Shown: positions 16,301 through 29,496 of the stretch, piece after piece
Numbering within the stretch: position 1 is the stretch's first letter
How the letters are laid out: each line of letters opens with the position of its first letter
Origin: Octopus vulgaris
Taxonomy: Eukaryota
Reading direction: 5' to 3'
NCBI GenBank assembly: GCA_951406725.2
Contig: OX597820.1
Coordinates: forward strand, 125,178,001 to 125,242,000
DNA: 64,000 nt
Notes under the pieces: model-generated
Database searches by the model: none
Seen by the model: the letters and a program-made list of their open reading frames with translations, nothing else
What the model was told of the DNA's origin: nothing
Made by a program: the position numbers and the translations under genes

Positions 16301-17670
16301 CACATATATGTGTGTGGTGGGTGCGTCTGTGTGTTGTTCTATTTAGCCTCCTGCGTCGATGTATGTATACATTGTACGCAGTAGTGTGTCTCAGTCTATG
16401 ACTGTATGTGCTTCTCCATATACATGTGTAAGCCTACGTTTGTATCATGCTACGGACAAAAGTGTTTAGCAGATTTTTATACTTGCTTTTTCTATACATC
16501 ACACTCAATGAATACCTCGATTTATAGAAAATCTATACGCAGGACACTCGCTCGCAGTAGTACACTCATTTACTTGCATGAATAGAGAAGATGCGTATTC
16601 TGCTGCCTCAAAAGATGACACACTGTACGATGTGTGCGCTCAGTATGAAATCATATAATGGAGAACATGGCTGACAAATTGCGAAGGTAAATCCAAGGAA
16701 AATATCCAGCACAGCTGTTACCTATCGATATATCTTCTTGTAACTTTTTATTGTTATTTTCGCTGTTCGTCTCTCTATAGTGGAAAACTGACGTACATAC
16801 GTAATTGATAACTAAGTTATGTATTTTTTTCTTCAACTATAGAAAGAAATAATATCCAAGCAGCTATAAATGAGAATTCAATGATTCTTTCAACAGTATT
16901 TCTTTATGTGATAAGAGTATTTGTCTCATATTCTCTTTTTCCCTCCCTCTTTAGTCTGACTCCTTCTTCCTCTGTCTCATACCTTTTCCCTTATTGCATA
17001 TATGAACGTGTGAGCATGTATAAAATATGTATGCGTGTGCACGTATAACAGCACATGCGAGCACACAGACATATATACACGCATGTAGGTATATTTGCGA
17101 GTACTTATATACATATATACGTGTATAAATGTATGATGCATGTATATGTGTGTGTATGTGTGTGTATACTCAAACACATTGTCAGTCTTTCATGCAAAAA
17201 TGCATATATATATATGTGTGTGTGTGTGTATGTGTGTGTGTGTGTGAGTGTGTGTGTGTGTGTAACATATAATATATATATATATATAATATATATATGT
17301 CAATACATATATATACACCCAGACATACACACACACGAACACACATATATAATAGGCGCGTGAATTACTGGCTTGGGTTTCGGCTCATAATGTCCTGAGT
17401 TCGACTCCAGGCGGTGTCTTATGTCTTTGCCCAATACACTTTAATTCGCGTTGCTCAGTCTGTTTAGATGGCAAGAATGCAAGAATATGTAGAGCCTTTG
17501 TATATGTTTTTAAATTAACGTATAATCTACTGTAAGTGAGTCACATCTATATGCAGCATCCAGCTAATATTGTGCCTTCTTTTACCGCCATATCTGTTTC
17601 ACTAGCCTCAGTTTAGATTGGCATATATTTCTCGCCTTTTAAAAATCTTTGTGCTTTGTAGAATTATTTT

Positions 17671-18339
17671 TTGAAGTGAAATCAGTTGACATTGGCATCT
17701 GTGCATATAGTCCAAAAGAGGATACGATTTTCGGATCATTTCAGTCGAACTAATCTTCGTGCTTCCTCTTAACATACCCGAATGTTTCTAAAGATGACTC
17801 AAATACAACATTTGTTTAAAAGCAGATCACGTTGGTTTAATATCTGTGTTGTGTCAGCAACTACTAGCCTGGTTTTATGTCAGAATTTTCCTTCTCCTGG
17901 ATGGATTGCACTCACCCTGGTCAAGGAGCTTCATCTGCCCCATGCATATATATATATATATATATATGTTTGTGAGAACATAAACTTAAGTAACCATAAG
18001 TAAATTAAATTATATTAGCAGTTACTCAAAATTCAGACCTGCTACATTGCGCGAAAGTACATGCGTGTAGACATCTCGGGAGTCGTTCAGAAATTCTATG
18101 TATGTATTTATATTCATATTCCTGTATATGCACACACACACACATATATATATGTGAAATCAGTGAAATTGAAGTGAAATCAGTTGACATCGGCATCTGT
18201 GCATATAGTCCAAAAGAGGATACGATTTTCGGATCATTTCAGTCGAACTAATCTTCGTGCTTCCTCTTAACATACCCGAATGTTTCTAAAGATGACTCAA
18301 ATACAACATTTGTTTAAAAGCAGATCACGTTGGTTTAAT
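17671..18339 (+). repeat. 171-bp direct duplication (17671-17841 and 18169-18339)
   Basis: The copies are identical except one substitution (GACATTGG vs GACATCGG). Confidence 0.95.
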
Positions 18340-18360
18340 TTGCACAACAAATATTTAAAC

Positions 18361-18408
<48 letters not shown>

Positions 18409-18715
18409 GGAATCCACATTTTTTCAGTTAGAGGGCTCGCACTTTCTATGGTCATTCAAAACCATCCAAGGGTGGTCGTACACACCTTTACATTTCCCCA
18501 GTCACCCCGCAAAGACATTAAAGAATCAATAGAAGTGACTTTTTTGTGAATTTTCTATTCAAAATCCAATCAAAATGCCCGAAACTTGATACGCCAATTG
18601 AATGCCAGTTATCTGTATATGATTGATCGGAGATTTGGACAGTACTCGCGTGTATGTGTGCACGCACGTAGCTGTATATGCATGCACTAGAACTATGACC
18701 CGGCATATATATATT

Positions 18716-18808
<93 letters not shown>

Positions 18809-19541
18809 ATATATACATATACGCACGCAAGCATACACATATGTACGTACATACATCTATACGTACATACAGAGACATTTATATATTTCTGCTGATATGC
18901 TTATCTTGGTTGATGTGTTTCTTCGTTCTAATATCTGCCAAGTGCAGCGGGGAAGAACACGTAATATATATTAGTGTAAATTCATACTTAAGCTCGTGAT
19001 TATATACTTATATCTTTTCACCACTTTATATTGATCGAGCGATGAAAGGGGTATATATGATTCGTATGTACATGTTTACTTTTGTTTGTGTATATATAAT
19101 GGATTAATTATTACTATTATATATTTCCATCTTATATTTTTTAACTTAGTTACACCAAAATTGTTAATGATTGAGTACGTCAATTATCATAATCAAGGAC
19201 TATACAGTAATTAATACTATAATTGAGTTCGCTAACATATATTTATGATTCAGTATTATAAGAAACACATTTGGTAAGGGACGGTTAAGTGCAACCAATA
19301 AGTAAACATCGAAGAAGTTGTTTTCTGTTAATTCGTAGGAATGATGTACAATGTCTCCTTCACATGATAGCAGATTCATGAGCGAAATGTGTGTAACTAT
19401 GATATTCGAAATCCTGAAACATGCTAATCGGGTAACGTCAGTCCATTTATCATAAATATATCCTATGTGATATTTTTACTTTCACCTAACAACAGTGGCA
19501 AATACCCTAACGGAGTAATAAATTACATGTCGTCTCATTTA

Positions 19542-20850
19542 TCAGGTTATTCCACAAGTTCTGTCCGAATTTTGAATAAAGAAAACAAGTGATCAAATGT
19601 TATATTTCATTGAAATTTAATCATCAATGTACTTTCCCTGATTATCTATAGCAAACTTACATCTACTTACAAGCATTTTAACCCCATCAATGAAAAACTC
19701 TTTTGGTTTCAAAGCGAAGAACTCTGTGTCAGTTTCGACCTCCTCCTGGCTTGCGAAAGTTATGTCCGCCAAAATGATTCTGTTAACTACGAAACAAATG
19801 GTAGTCTGAGGGAGCAGGGTCGAGAGAATAAAGTGGATGAGGAATTTTTTCCCAACCAAGCTCCTCGATCTTCTGTGATGTGATCTTTGCCAGTGTGGGG
19901 TCGCGCATTGTGCTAATGAAACATCACTTCTTTCATCACATCGATTCACTAAAGTGGGTCTTTTTATTAAAAGTTTGGTTCAAACGCTTTAATTGCTGAC
20001 AGTAGACTTGAGCATTGATTGTTGTATTATGTAATGACTGTGCTAAGTGAATTAATCTTTTGCTATCCCACCAGATAGAGAGAATAACCTTTTCCCCATG
20101 AAATTCCATTCTCAATTGTGGTTGAGCTTTTTCCTTTTTACCAAGCTACTGTTTACGACGTTTAATATTTCGATAGAAGATCCATTTTTCGACAGTCACC
20201 AATCACAAGTCTATCCAAAAAGGGTGAAATGTGTTCGCGAGAATGGAGAGAAGAGCAGACGTCAACTCGGGATTTGCGGTTGCTTTCGGACAATTCATGA
20301 GACACCCATATTCCAAGTTTAAGAATCTCTCCAAGTTGTTGAAGACGACGATGAACAGTTGTATGGTTTGAACTAAGCTTTATTGCCAATTCTTCAACTG
20401 ATAATGCAGGATTTTGTTCAAGTAATGCCTAAATGAGCTTATCATCAAATTCAACTGGACGTCCTGTTCGATATTCATCTTCAAGTCTGAAATCTCCACT
20501 TCTGAATTTTGCAATTCATCTCCTGCAAGTTCTTCCATTCAATCGTTCTTTCCACTAAACCGAGCGTATGTTTAGAGTCGCTCCGACTGCAGAATTACCT
20601 TTTCTTTTTATTTTTGTACTCATAAAGCATAATGTGCCTCTAATGCTCTTTGGATACTTCCCTGTTAGAAAGGGTCTTAATCAAAGACATTTTAATTCTA
20701 TTATTCTGTAAAATAATATTTAATTAATTTAAATGGACATAAATGCATAAATATATTTTTTTTAATTCCAATAAACATTCTAAAATATTATTAAATTTCA
20801 TTCAATTTTAAAACAAGGTAAAATCGGAGAGAACTTATGGGATAACCTGA
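19542..20850 (-). mobile_element. Full-length mariner transposon (~1.31 kb) with a pseudogenised transposase
   Basis: TIRs TCAGGTTATTCCACAAGTTCTGTCCGA and TCGGAGAGAACTTATGGGATAACCTGA, TA on both sides, and motifs WVSHEL, LVIGD and YSLDPAPSDYHLFR. Confidence 0.92.
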
Positions 20851-21880
20851 TACTTTTCTTTGGTATTATCCACCGTTTGGTAAAGACGGATTAAACTGAC
20901 GCATTTATTATTCACTCATTTTAAAAGTTGAGATAAAACTCTAATTCGTTTTCAATACGATATATTACACATCACGTACAGACAAACTTCTTCCAAGTTA
21001 TTGGTATCTGTAAAAAGATTGCTTTGTAATAAACTCAGACAAGGTCTGATCTAGCATATGCTGTTTAGTGTGTCCTTGATTGCTTGTGAACTGTGCGATA
21101 ACCTGCGTTCAAAATGTATCGTAATATCTTAACATACTTCAAGGTGTGGGATGGAAAGGTATGATCAACTAACAGAAGAGAGTACTGAAATACAATAACT
21201 GTATTGATTTTTTTTGAAAATACACATACATCTGCGTATGCGCACACGCACAAACACAGTATGCAAATATAAACCATTCTTATATATATATTTATGTATG
21301 TATCTATATATATAACGGGAAAGTTTACGAAAATAAACAAAAGACGAAGGCAGGTGGAGTACAAACAAACAAATCTATTAATATAGCGCTCAGGAATAGA
21401 AATAGAAAAAGTATTTTACTTTTCCAGCCTACGCTCTTCGACAAAAAGATACACAGAAAAAAATGCAGCACGGATTTTTTGTCAGTGAACAGGTTTCGGT
21501 CTTAAAGCGACGAAAATATTTTCACAAATTAAACTTAAAAGTTGAAGTGAATCGAACGGCTTTTGTGTGTTTCTTAAATGGCTTTCAAACGACTTCCACG
21601 CAGCAATTGTTTTCGTTCCAGCACACGATCTCAGATCAAATCACTTGCTAGGCAAGTACATCTCCGTAATATATATATTTATATATAATATATATTTCTT
21701 GTTTATCTACCTTCGCTATAATAATAGATGTAACTCTTTGTTCGTAAAGTATTTCATTTTACTTAGACGTACAATGTAAAGGATATCACCACAGATTTTG
21801 GAAAACAACATTTTGATTTCAATCCAGCCCTGATCTTGCCCCGAAATAAATATATGAAATACATCACTCCTTATACGTTA

Positions 21881-22037
21881 GGCTCAGTCGTGGCTGTGTG
21901 GTAAGAAGCTTGCTTCCCAATCACATGGTTTCGGGTTCAGTCCCACAGCGTATCATCTTGCGCAATGTCTTCTACTGCAGCCTAGATCTGACCATAGCAT
22001 TGTGAGTGCATTTCGTAGGCGGAAACTGAAAGTAGCC

Positions 22038-22123
<86 letters not shown>

Positions 22124-22312
22124 TTATCCCTCCACTATCGCTTGACAACCGAGGTTGGTATGTTTATATCCCCGTAAATTAGCGATGCGACAAAAGAGAA
22201 CGATAGAATAAGTACCAGGCTTACAAACAGTAAGTCGTAGGGTCGATTTGTTCGACGAAAGGCAGTGTTCCAGCATGGCCGCAGCCAAATGACTGAAACA
22301 AGTAAAAGAATA
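21881..22312 (+). mobile_element. SINE family A, full length
   Basis: Colinear with 3281-3700. Confidence 0.85.
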
Positions 22313-24171
22313 ATAGAAAATATCTACTGTTTACGACAAAAGCCTAAGACTTTTGTCTTAAAAATCTCTATTCGTGCCACTGCAGAAACTAAATCTATAG
22401 CATTAGTAAATTTCTTGCACATTAGTCAGATATTCACATCCCAACTGTGCCAATACTATCATCGTTTCAAAGTCATTCAATTTCTTGTACACTAGATCGA
22501 TGAAATCTGCTGTGTATCCTAGTTAATAGATAACTTGTCTAAGTTACAAATACTTGTTCTTTTTTGTTGAAGATCATTCAAACACAGGAAACCGATTTAT
22601 CATTTGTGCTCATCCAGATTCGTTGAATAAATACAATATCACTATCCCGAACATAATATTTACTTTCTGATTCCTTCCTACACATTAATAGTTCCTCAGT
22701 AAAACAATCCTCATGTCTCTTCGAACACATTTTTTTTTACATTTTCTTTTTATCTAATATCTCGGGACTTAAAATTTGTGTTTTACATGATATTGTGAAA
22801 ATGTATTAATTCATCAAGAGGGCAGGAAAATTAATTAAATTCATTATTTTAGGACAAAAACAGAAAGACAAAATTGCAACGAAAGAAGCATGAAATTTCA
22901 TTGGCAGTAAATATCTCTATAACAACACCGAAGATACTAAAAAAAAAAGAATGTAGCAAAGTATTAATTCTCCAGAAAAATATATACGGAATAAATCAAA
23001 GGAGAAAAATAGTCTTAATTAAACTCTTGGGAATAATTAAAGTGTTTCTGGTTATCAGAGATAAAACCTTGAGTTACGATTATTTTTTCCATCTTTTAAT
23101 ACAATCACTTCAAGTTATTTTTATACCTATTCAAATCATACTTATACGCATATAAATATGTATTTTCTAAGTATGCAACATGACGAAAATGCAGTGTCCT
23201 TCTACTGTTGTATTTATAGTGTAATAATAGCATATGCACAAAGGGTTAGATTTAAATTTAGTTCGAGTAATTAGAATGTTCATCCTTTACTTATTTGTTA
23301 GAATGTTATGGAGAAAGGATAAATAGGCCTTTATAATCGAATAACATTTTTCCTTAATCAAAGGGTTGATTCGTAGGAAGCTTACTATAACTAGGCTTGT
23401 GTATCAGTTTCGATTTTCATTGGATACTTTTTCGGCCATAATCCTTGAAACCAAATACTATGACGCAGTGTTATTACGACATCCTTTATCGGTAGCTCAT
23501 AATTTACATGGCCTATCAACAGCAGCCATCAAGGTATCACTCTTTCTGCTAGACATTGTAGGCATATTTCTGTTAAATTCAACTTTACCTTCACAAGAAT
23601 GATGATAGACTACATTTGAGAGCATATTGTTAAAAACACGATGTATGAATAAAGCCTTATTTGTCATGCTTAGAATGTTCCTCGCTTTATTTAATGCGAA
23701 TAGACACGTGTCTCACCAGCAGATTTAGCTGTTCAATTCAAAAAGGAAAGCTTCAAGATGTTTCATAGACCTGCCAGAAATAACAGGCGAAATACATCAA
23801 ATCACATAATGCAAATTTAAGTATAGGAATGAAACACGAAATAACAAAATACGTGTGGTCAGAAATTCGATGCATTTTATAATATATATATTCAGTCCTG
23901 GCCAATACAAAATTATTATCTGCAGAGATGGAATGGATTGATATTGACCTGGAAATCGATTGATTTATCTCATATTCAACATTCTTTTTTAATGTATTCT
24001 CTTGATGGAATCTCTAGATACCGAGGTGAATTCGAAACACATTCTGCGATAACAAAATCTCAGCAGCATTCATTGAACTAGCATTAATAGAGCCATGTCT
24101 TAGAAAGCCTACACTCATCAGGATTTGTTTTAATTACAAAAAGAAGCAATATATTTTTTGTTCTTGAATTT

Positions 24172-24930
24172 TTTTACTTGTTTCCGCCATTTGAGTGCGC
24201 CCATGGAGGAGCACCACATTTAGTCGAACAAAGCGACCTATTTCTTCCATCGGATCCTTTTACCGAACCGCTAAGTTACGGGTACGTAAACATACCAGCA
24301 TCGGGTGCCAAGCGATGGTGTGGGTCAACGACAGACACACAAATACATACACACACATACAACAGGCTTCTTTCAGTTCGCCTCTACAAAATCTACCCAC
24401 AAGGCTTTGGTTGGCCCGAGACTATAGTAGAAGACTCTTGCCCAAGGTACCACTCCATGGAACTGAATCCGGAACCGTGTGGTTCGGAAGCAAGCCTTTC
24501 ACCACACTGCCAAACTTGCGCTGGTAAACTCTTTTACTCTTTTACTTGTTTCAGTCATGTGACTGTGGCCATGCTGGAACACCGCCTCTACTCGTGCAAA
24601 TCGACGCCAGGACTTATTCTTTGTAAACCTAGTACTTATTCTATCGGTCTCTTTTGCCGAACCGTTAAGTTACGGGGACGTAAATACACCAGCATCGATT
24701 GTCAAGCGATGTCGGGGGGACAAACACAGACACACAATCATACACACACACACATACACACACACACACACACATACATATATATATATATGAGAAGGGC
24801 TTCTTTCAGTTTGCGTCTAGCAAATCCTCTCACAATGATTTGGTTCAATCCGAGGCCATAGTAGAAGACACTTGCGCAAGGTGTCACGCATTGGGACTGA
24901 ACCCGGTACCACGTGGTTCGTAAGCAAGGT
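24172..24930 (-). mobile_element. Two adjacent SINE family A copies (~24172-24521 and ~24528-24930)
   Basis: Two head-to-tail reverse-complement matches to 3281-3700. These explain the 227-aa ORF at 24178. Confidence 0.85.
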
Positions 24931-25249
24931 AGTTTAATTCAAAAATTTTGCTATAAAGTCATGATACAGAGTAGCTTGCGGGCTAGACAAAGACATCTAT
25001 GAGGTGAATGATGATAAGGATGTTATTAATGGAAGAAGACAGAAAACACCCGCCGATTTTCTGATTCTCTAAAACATTATTCTCTTCTTTTTTTTCACAG
25101 AAAAACAGAAAAAGACAAAAGGTGGTAATGAACCTCTTCCGTCTTACAAATTTTGGACTAATAGTCCTTTTAAGAATTGGGGCGTTAAGCCTCTTAAACA
25201 CAATAACATGTAATAAATATTAAACATTGTAGCACTGAGGCTTTTCAAC

Positions 25250-26225
25250 CTCTTGTCATTATTCCTCCCCGTCATCCCTTGTGCCCATATATTCCACCAT
25301 CCCCCACGCCTCATTCAAGACCAAAGCGGGATTCGAGCCGGCGTCGCTCGGCCACAAGCGATATGTCTCGTTGAGTTCCTGCAGCCTAAACTCCAGAGAC
25401 ATCGTTATGACTTCCACAGCTATCTGCGGAGGCCATTCGTGATCCTGTGTGAAGGTAGGAGGTACTCTCATATGGTGCTTTTCCACCACCTTCGGTAAGT
25501 ACCCATTGTTGCTCACCTTCTTCCTCTTGCGGCCCTTCCATGAGGGGTCCTCCGTCACCTCAGCTGCCTTCGTTCCCTCTTTTACAGATATCTCAATCGA
25601 GTGTTCGAGGATTCCGCATTCCTCCCGAAGACAGTTCTTTATATGGCTAGGCTCCAGACACCGATGAAAGCTGGTGGTGGGGACTCTCAAGAGTCACCGA
25701 TTACCTGATGCCGGCCATTTTCAGAAAATGGCTGATTGGGTTCACAGGGTCAAAACAGATTTTGACCGAACCGAATCAGCCGCAGGAAGAATTTTCACAT
25801 TGAAGAGCCTGGCATCGCTGCCATTCAGACCCCGACGGATAGTATCCTCTATCCACTTGGGTTCAATCTGGGTAGCAAACCACACTCCCATGTCCTCGTC
25901 AATTTTTTCCCACAATAAGAGGGAAGATGCAAAATTTCTTTACCCTTAACGGGCTGGCTCGCAAAACTTTGAGCCACCTCTGGAGTGTTAAACAGCTACC
26001 ACAGCGTTGCATGTTTGACTCCCCTAGAGATATACTTAATGGTTGGAAGATGTTCCGCCAACTCCTGCTCAAGCATATGGTTGAAGAACACGGCTACGGT
26101 GTCGAGAACCTTCGAATACGTTCTCAACACCACCGTCCCCCTCGTTTTGCTATCTGAACCACTCCTTAGGTGGGACAATCTCCCACTCTACAATCTAATC
26201 CGTATTTTTATTGCCCTGTCCAAAG
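25250..26225 (-). mobile_element. Probable LINE ORF1 (gag-like) remnant
   Basis: GC-richer coding-like segment with broken frames. A degenerate zinc knuckle (SFHRCLEPSHIKNC) is followed by an acidic and then basic stretch (WKGRKRKK). Family assignment is inference. Confidence 0.45.
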
Positions 26226-26499
26226 AAATATAACACAAAAAGTAAAGAGAGAATTCAAAAGAAAAAAATAAACAGTTCAATAAAAAGGTCAGAATAGAAG
26301 AAGAAAACAATAATTAAAAATAACTCAGCAAAAACTTCTGGGAATTCATGTACACCAAGCCGTTATGGTACTCCAACTCGAACCTGGACTGCTCCACTTG
26401 AATACAGCTTTCAAACGTAGTTGTAAAATACACACTATTTACAAACAGCGAACGACATTTGGTGGCAAGATAGTCACCAAACTATATTTATTTATCTCA

Positions 26500-26868
26500 G
26501 AGTTCGGCTGGTATTTGTTTCATTGAATCCAAAAGGAGGAATGTTAAAATCGAGATCAGCGAAATGTAGAGCCAGAAGTTAAAGACGGATAAAATGTAAT
26601 TAATCAATTTGTCCGGCATTCTTAATTATTCCGCCCGATCACCGCCTTGATAAGAATAGTGGTCTCAAATTTTGGCACAAAGCCAGGAAATTCTGGGTAA
26701 AGACAAGTCGATTACCCTTATGCACAACTGGTACTTATTTTAACATTCCCAGAATGATGAACTGCAAGGTCGATCCGGGCGAAATGTAAACTCAGAACGT
26801 TAAAATGATTGAAACACCGCTAAGCGTTTTGATCTGAGTGCTAACGATTCTGCTTGCTTGCCGCCTTA
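26500..26868 (-). mobile_element. Two degenerate SINE family B copies
   Basis: Heads end at CACCGCC (~26647) and GCCGCC (~26866). CTGGTACTTATTT...GGTCGATCCGGGCGAAATGTAAACTCAGAACG matches the family B body. Confidence 0.7.
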
Positions 26869-27723
26869 ATTATAATATTTTTTTTAAACTAACCTAAGAT
26901 TGTGTACGGTGAAATAACATTGCTAATTTCATACATCGATAATGAAACATCATCGTTCAATCTGATGGGCTTCGTAAATGTTGTTCTTTATATAGCTTGC
27001 AAAAACTAATTGCTAAAATATGAAATAAATAAAGAAAACACAAGTGATATTTCTATTTTCGGTCCGATAATGATTGTTGAATTATTGACTCTATGATTAT
27101 GTCAAATGTCCTGCAACAAATCTCCATTTAAGCATTCGGTTAATCTAAACTTAGTAGAGCTTGAGAGAGAAATATTTTGGGAAGCTTAATGAAGTGAAAT
27201 CTCACCTGCAGGTCATCTTGCTGTTGAAGCTGAAACAGTTTAACGCAAAAGTGATTATGAAGTGTGTTGATAGTTGTTCAATTAACTCGCGTTCGGTCGA
27301 TTCCCTCTTTAAATATAGTGTGAAACAGGCCATCCTGCACGATCAAGTAAATGTTAATAATAGAGGTGCTGATTCAAAATCAGTAGAACTATTTTAGGAA
27401 GAAACAAATTTTAAGATATATTTATATATGTATGTTTATGTATATGTGTGTGTGTTTGTGTGTGAGTTGTGCGTATCTCCGTGTGTGTGCGTGTGTGTGT
27501 CTATGTGGAGATACGAAACTCTACTGTTGGAAATATTTTACAAAGTACTAGTTGAAGTCTACTGTCTTGAAATTGGTACGGTAACCACGAGAACCGAAAT
27601 GCAATACTCTAATATATTGTGCTTCATCTCCACCAATTTAAATCGCTATGGATGCTGATTATGTAAACTTTGGTTGTATTTATAACACTTTATCGGGATC
27701 TGAAGAGAACTTAGTAGTTTTGT

Positions 27724-27914
27724 TTATGATATATGTATATATGTATATGTATGTATGTATATGTATATAGGTATATGTATATATGTATATATATATATAT
27801 ATATACATATATATGTATATATGCATATATGTATATATACATATATGTATGTATACATATATGTATATGTATATATACATATATGTATATATACATATAT
27901 ATATGTATATATAC

Positions 27915-27976
<62 letters not shown>

Positions 27977-28119
27977 GTATATACAGATATATATGTATGT
28001 ATACATATATTTATATATATATGTATATATACATTTATGTATATATATATATATATATGTATATACACATATATGTATGTATACATATATTTATATATAT
28101 ATCTATATATACATTTATG

Positions 28120-28151
<32 letters not shown>

Positions 28152-28193
28152 TATATATATGTATATATACATATATATATATATTTGTATATA

Positions 28194-28245
<52 letters not shown>

Positions 28246-28249
28246 TATA

Positions 28250-28283
<34 letters not shown>
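27724..28283. repeat. Compound TA/TATG/TACA microsatellite
   Basis: Direct reading. Confidence 0.95.
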
Positions 28284-28319
28284 AATTAATCAAAATAAAA
28301 ACATGATGCCAAGGATTCA

Positions 28320-28397
28320 GCGGTACATATGTTTCGGGCCTTTATTAGACGAATTTATAACAATGCATAATGTGTGTATGTGGCCTTCTTCAGCCGC
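28320..28397 (-). ncRNA. Minimal type I hammerhead ribozyme (Penelope-type), catalytic core intact
   Basis: Minus strand reads GCGG-CTGAAGA-A-GGCC-(41 nt loop)-GGCC-C-GAAA-CATATG-TA-CCGC. Stem I is GCGG/CCGC, stem II is GGCC/GGCC closed by A.C, stem III is the palindrome ACATATGT, and the cleavage triplet is GUA (cut after 28324). Confidence 0.8.
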
Positions 28398-28588
28398 GCA
28401 CAACTACTTCCACAAGGACATGTATTACATCAAAAATTCTTGGTTGGGGATGCAAATCCTCTCATTCGCGTACGACATAATGCGGCAACAGCATAAAAAT
28501 GAAGCGTCCATCTCGTTCTTCTCTCAATGTAGAATATACCACCAAACAGTATATACAGGTGCTTACAATTATCAAGTACTCACCCCGA

Positions 28589-28631
<43 letters not shown>

Positions 28632-28842
28632 TATTTTGTGAAATAGAAAGATGAATAATCTTATTGCAGATTTATCAAAAGTTTAACCGATACCTTGGTA
28701 GCAAAAATCACAGCAGAAGACAGCACGGTTGGAGGTACAACCATATGGTGTTGCAACCATGCGTTGGTGCGGATAATTGAATTTTAATATTATTAGTGAA
28801 TTGAAGAAATGGAGTTGAACGAAGATTGAACAGAAATCGTTT

Positions 28843-28935
28843 TATTGCATTCTACACGTGTTTCGAAAGCCACAGTTTACCAAATTCCGATTGAATAAGG
28901 AGACCATATTGTGTCTTTCTCTTCAGGAAGAAATA
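28843..28935 (-). ncRNA. Minimal type I hammerhead ribozyme (Penelope-type), catalytic core intact
   Basis: Minus strand reads TATTTCTTC-CTGAAGA-GAAAGACACA-(35 nt loop)-TGTGGCTTTC-GAAA-CACGTG-TA-GAATGCAATA. Stem II has 9 of 10 pairs, stem III is the palindrome ACACGTGT, the triplet is GUA (cut after 28853), and stem I is imperfect. Confidence 0.82.
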
Positions 28936-29007
28936 GGAAATCCGTTGGCAAAAACAGAAACAGAACAGAGGCGCAGCAAAACAAATCGAACGAGGCTCCT
29001 AAGAGTC

Positions 29008-29059
<52 letters not shown>

Positions 29060-29156
29060 CACATATATATATATATATGTATATACACATATATATATAT
29101 ATATGTATATACACATATATATATATATATGTATATACACATATATATATATATAT

Positions 29157-29388
29157 ATTTCTTTACTACCCACAAGGGGCTAAACACAGAGGGGACAAAC
29201 AAGGACAGACAAAGGGACTAAGTCGACTACATCGACCCCAGTGCGTAACTGGTACTTAATTTATCGACCCCGAAAGGATGAAAGGCAAAGTCGACCTCGG
29301 CGGAATTTGAACTCGGAACGTAACGACAGACGAAATACGGCTACGAATTTCGCCCGGCGTGCTAACGTTTCTACCAGCTCGCCGCCTT
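29157..29388 (-). mobile_element. tRNA-derived SINE, family B, inserted in a (TA)n tract
   Basis: Minus strand GGCGGCGAGCTGGTAGAAACGTTAGC...GAGTTCAAATTCC (B box)...GAGGTCGACTTTGCCTTTCATCCTTTCGGGGTCGATAAATTAAGTACCAG. Microsatellite on both sides. Confidence 0.88.
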
Positions 29389-29445
29389 ATATATATATAT
29401 ATATATATGTATATACACATATATATATATGTATATATATATATA

Positions 29446-29496
<51 letters not shown>

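Noticed and set aside
16543-16658. Short protein-like frame ending ...DDTLYDVCAQYEII*
   Set aside because: Weak acceptor and no recognisable homology.
24178-24861. 227-aa ORF
   Set aside because: Antisense read-through of two adjacent family A SINEs.
27700-27725. CTGAAGA followed by a GAACT/AGTTT hairpin; similar half motifs at ~934, ~35350 (-) and ~62315
   Set aside because: No correctly placed GAAA, stem III or cleavage triplet, so not called hammerheads.
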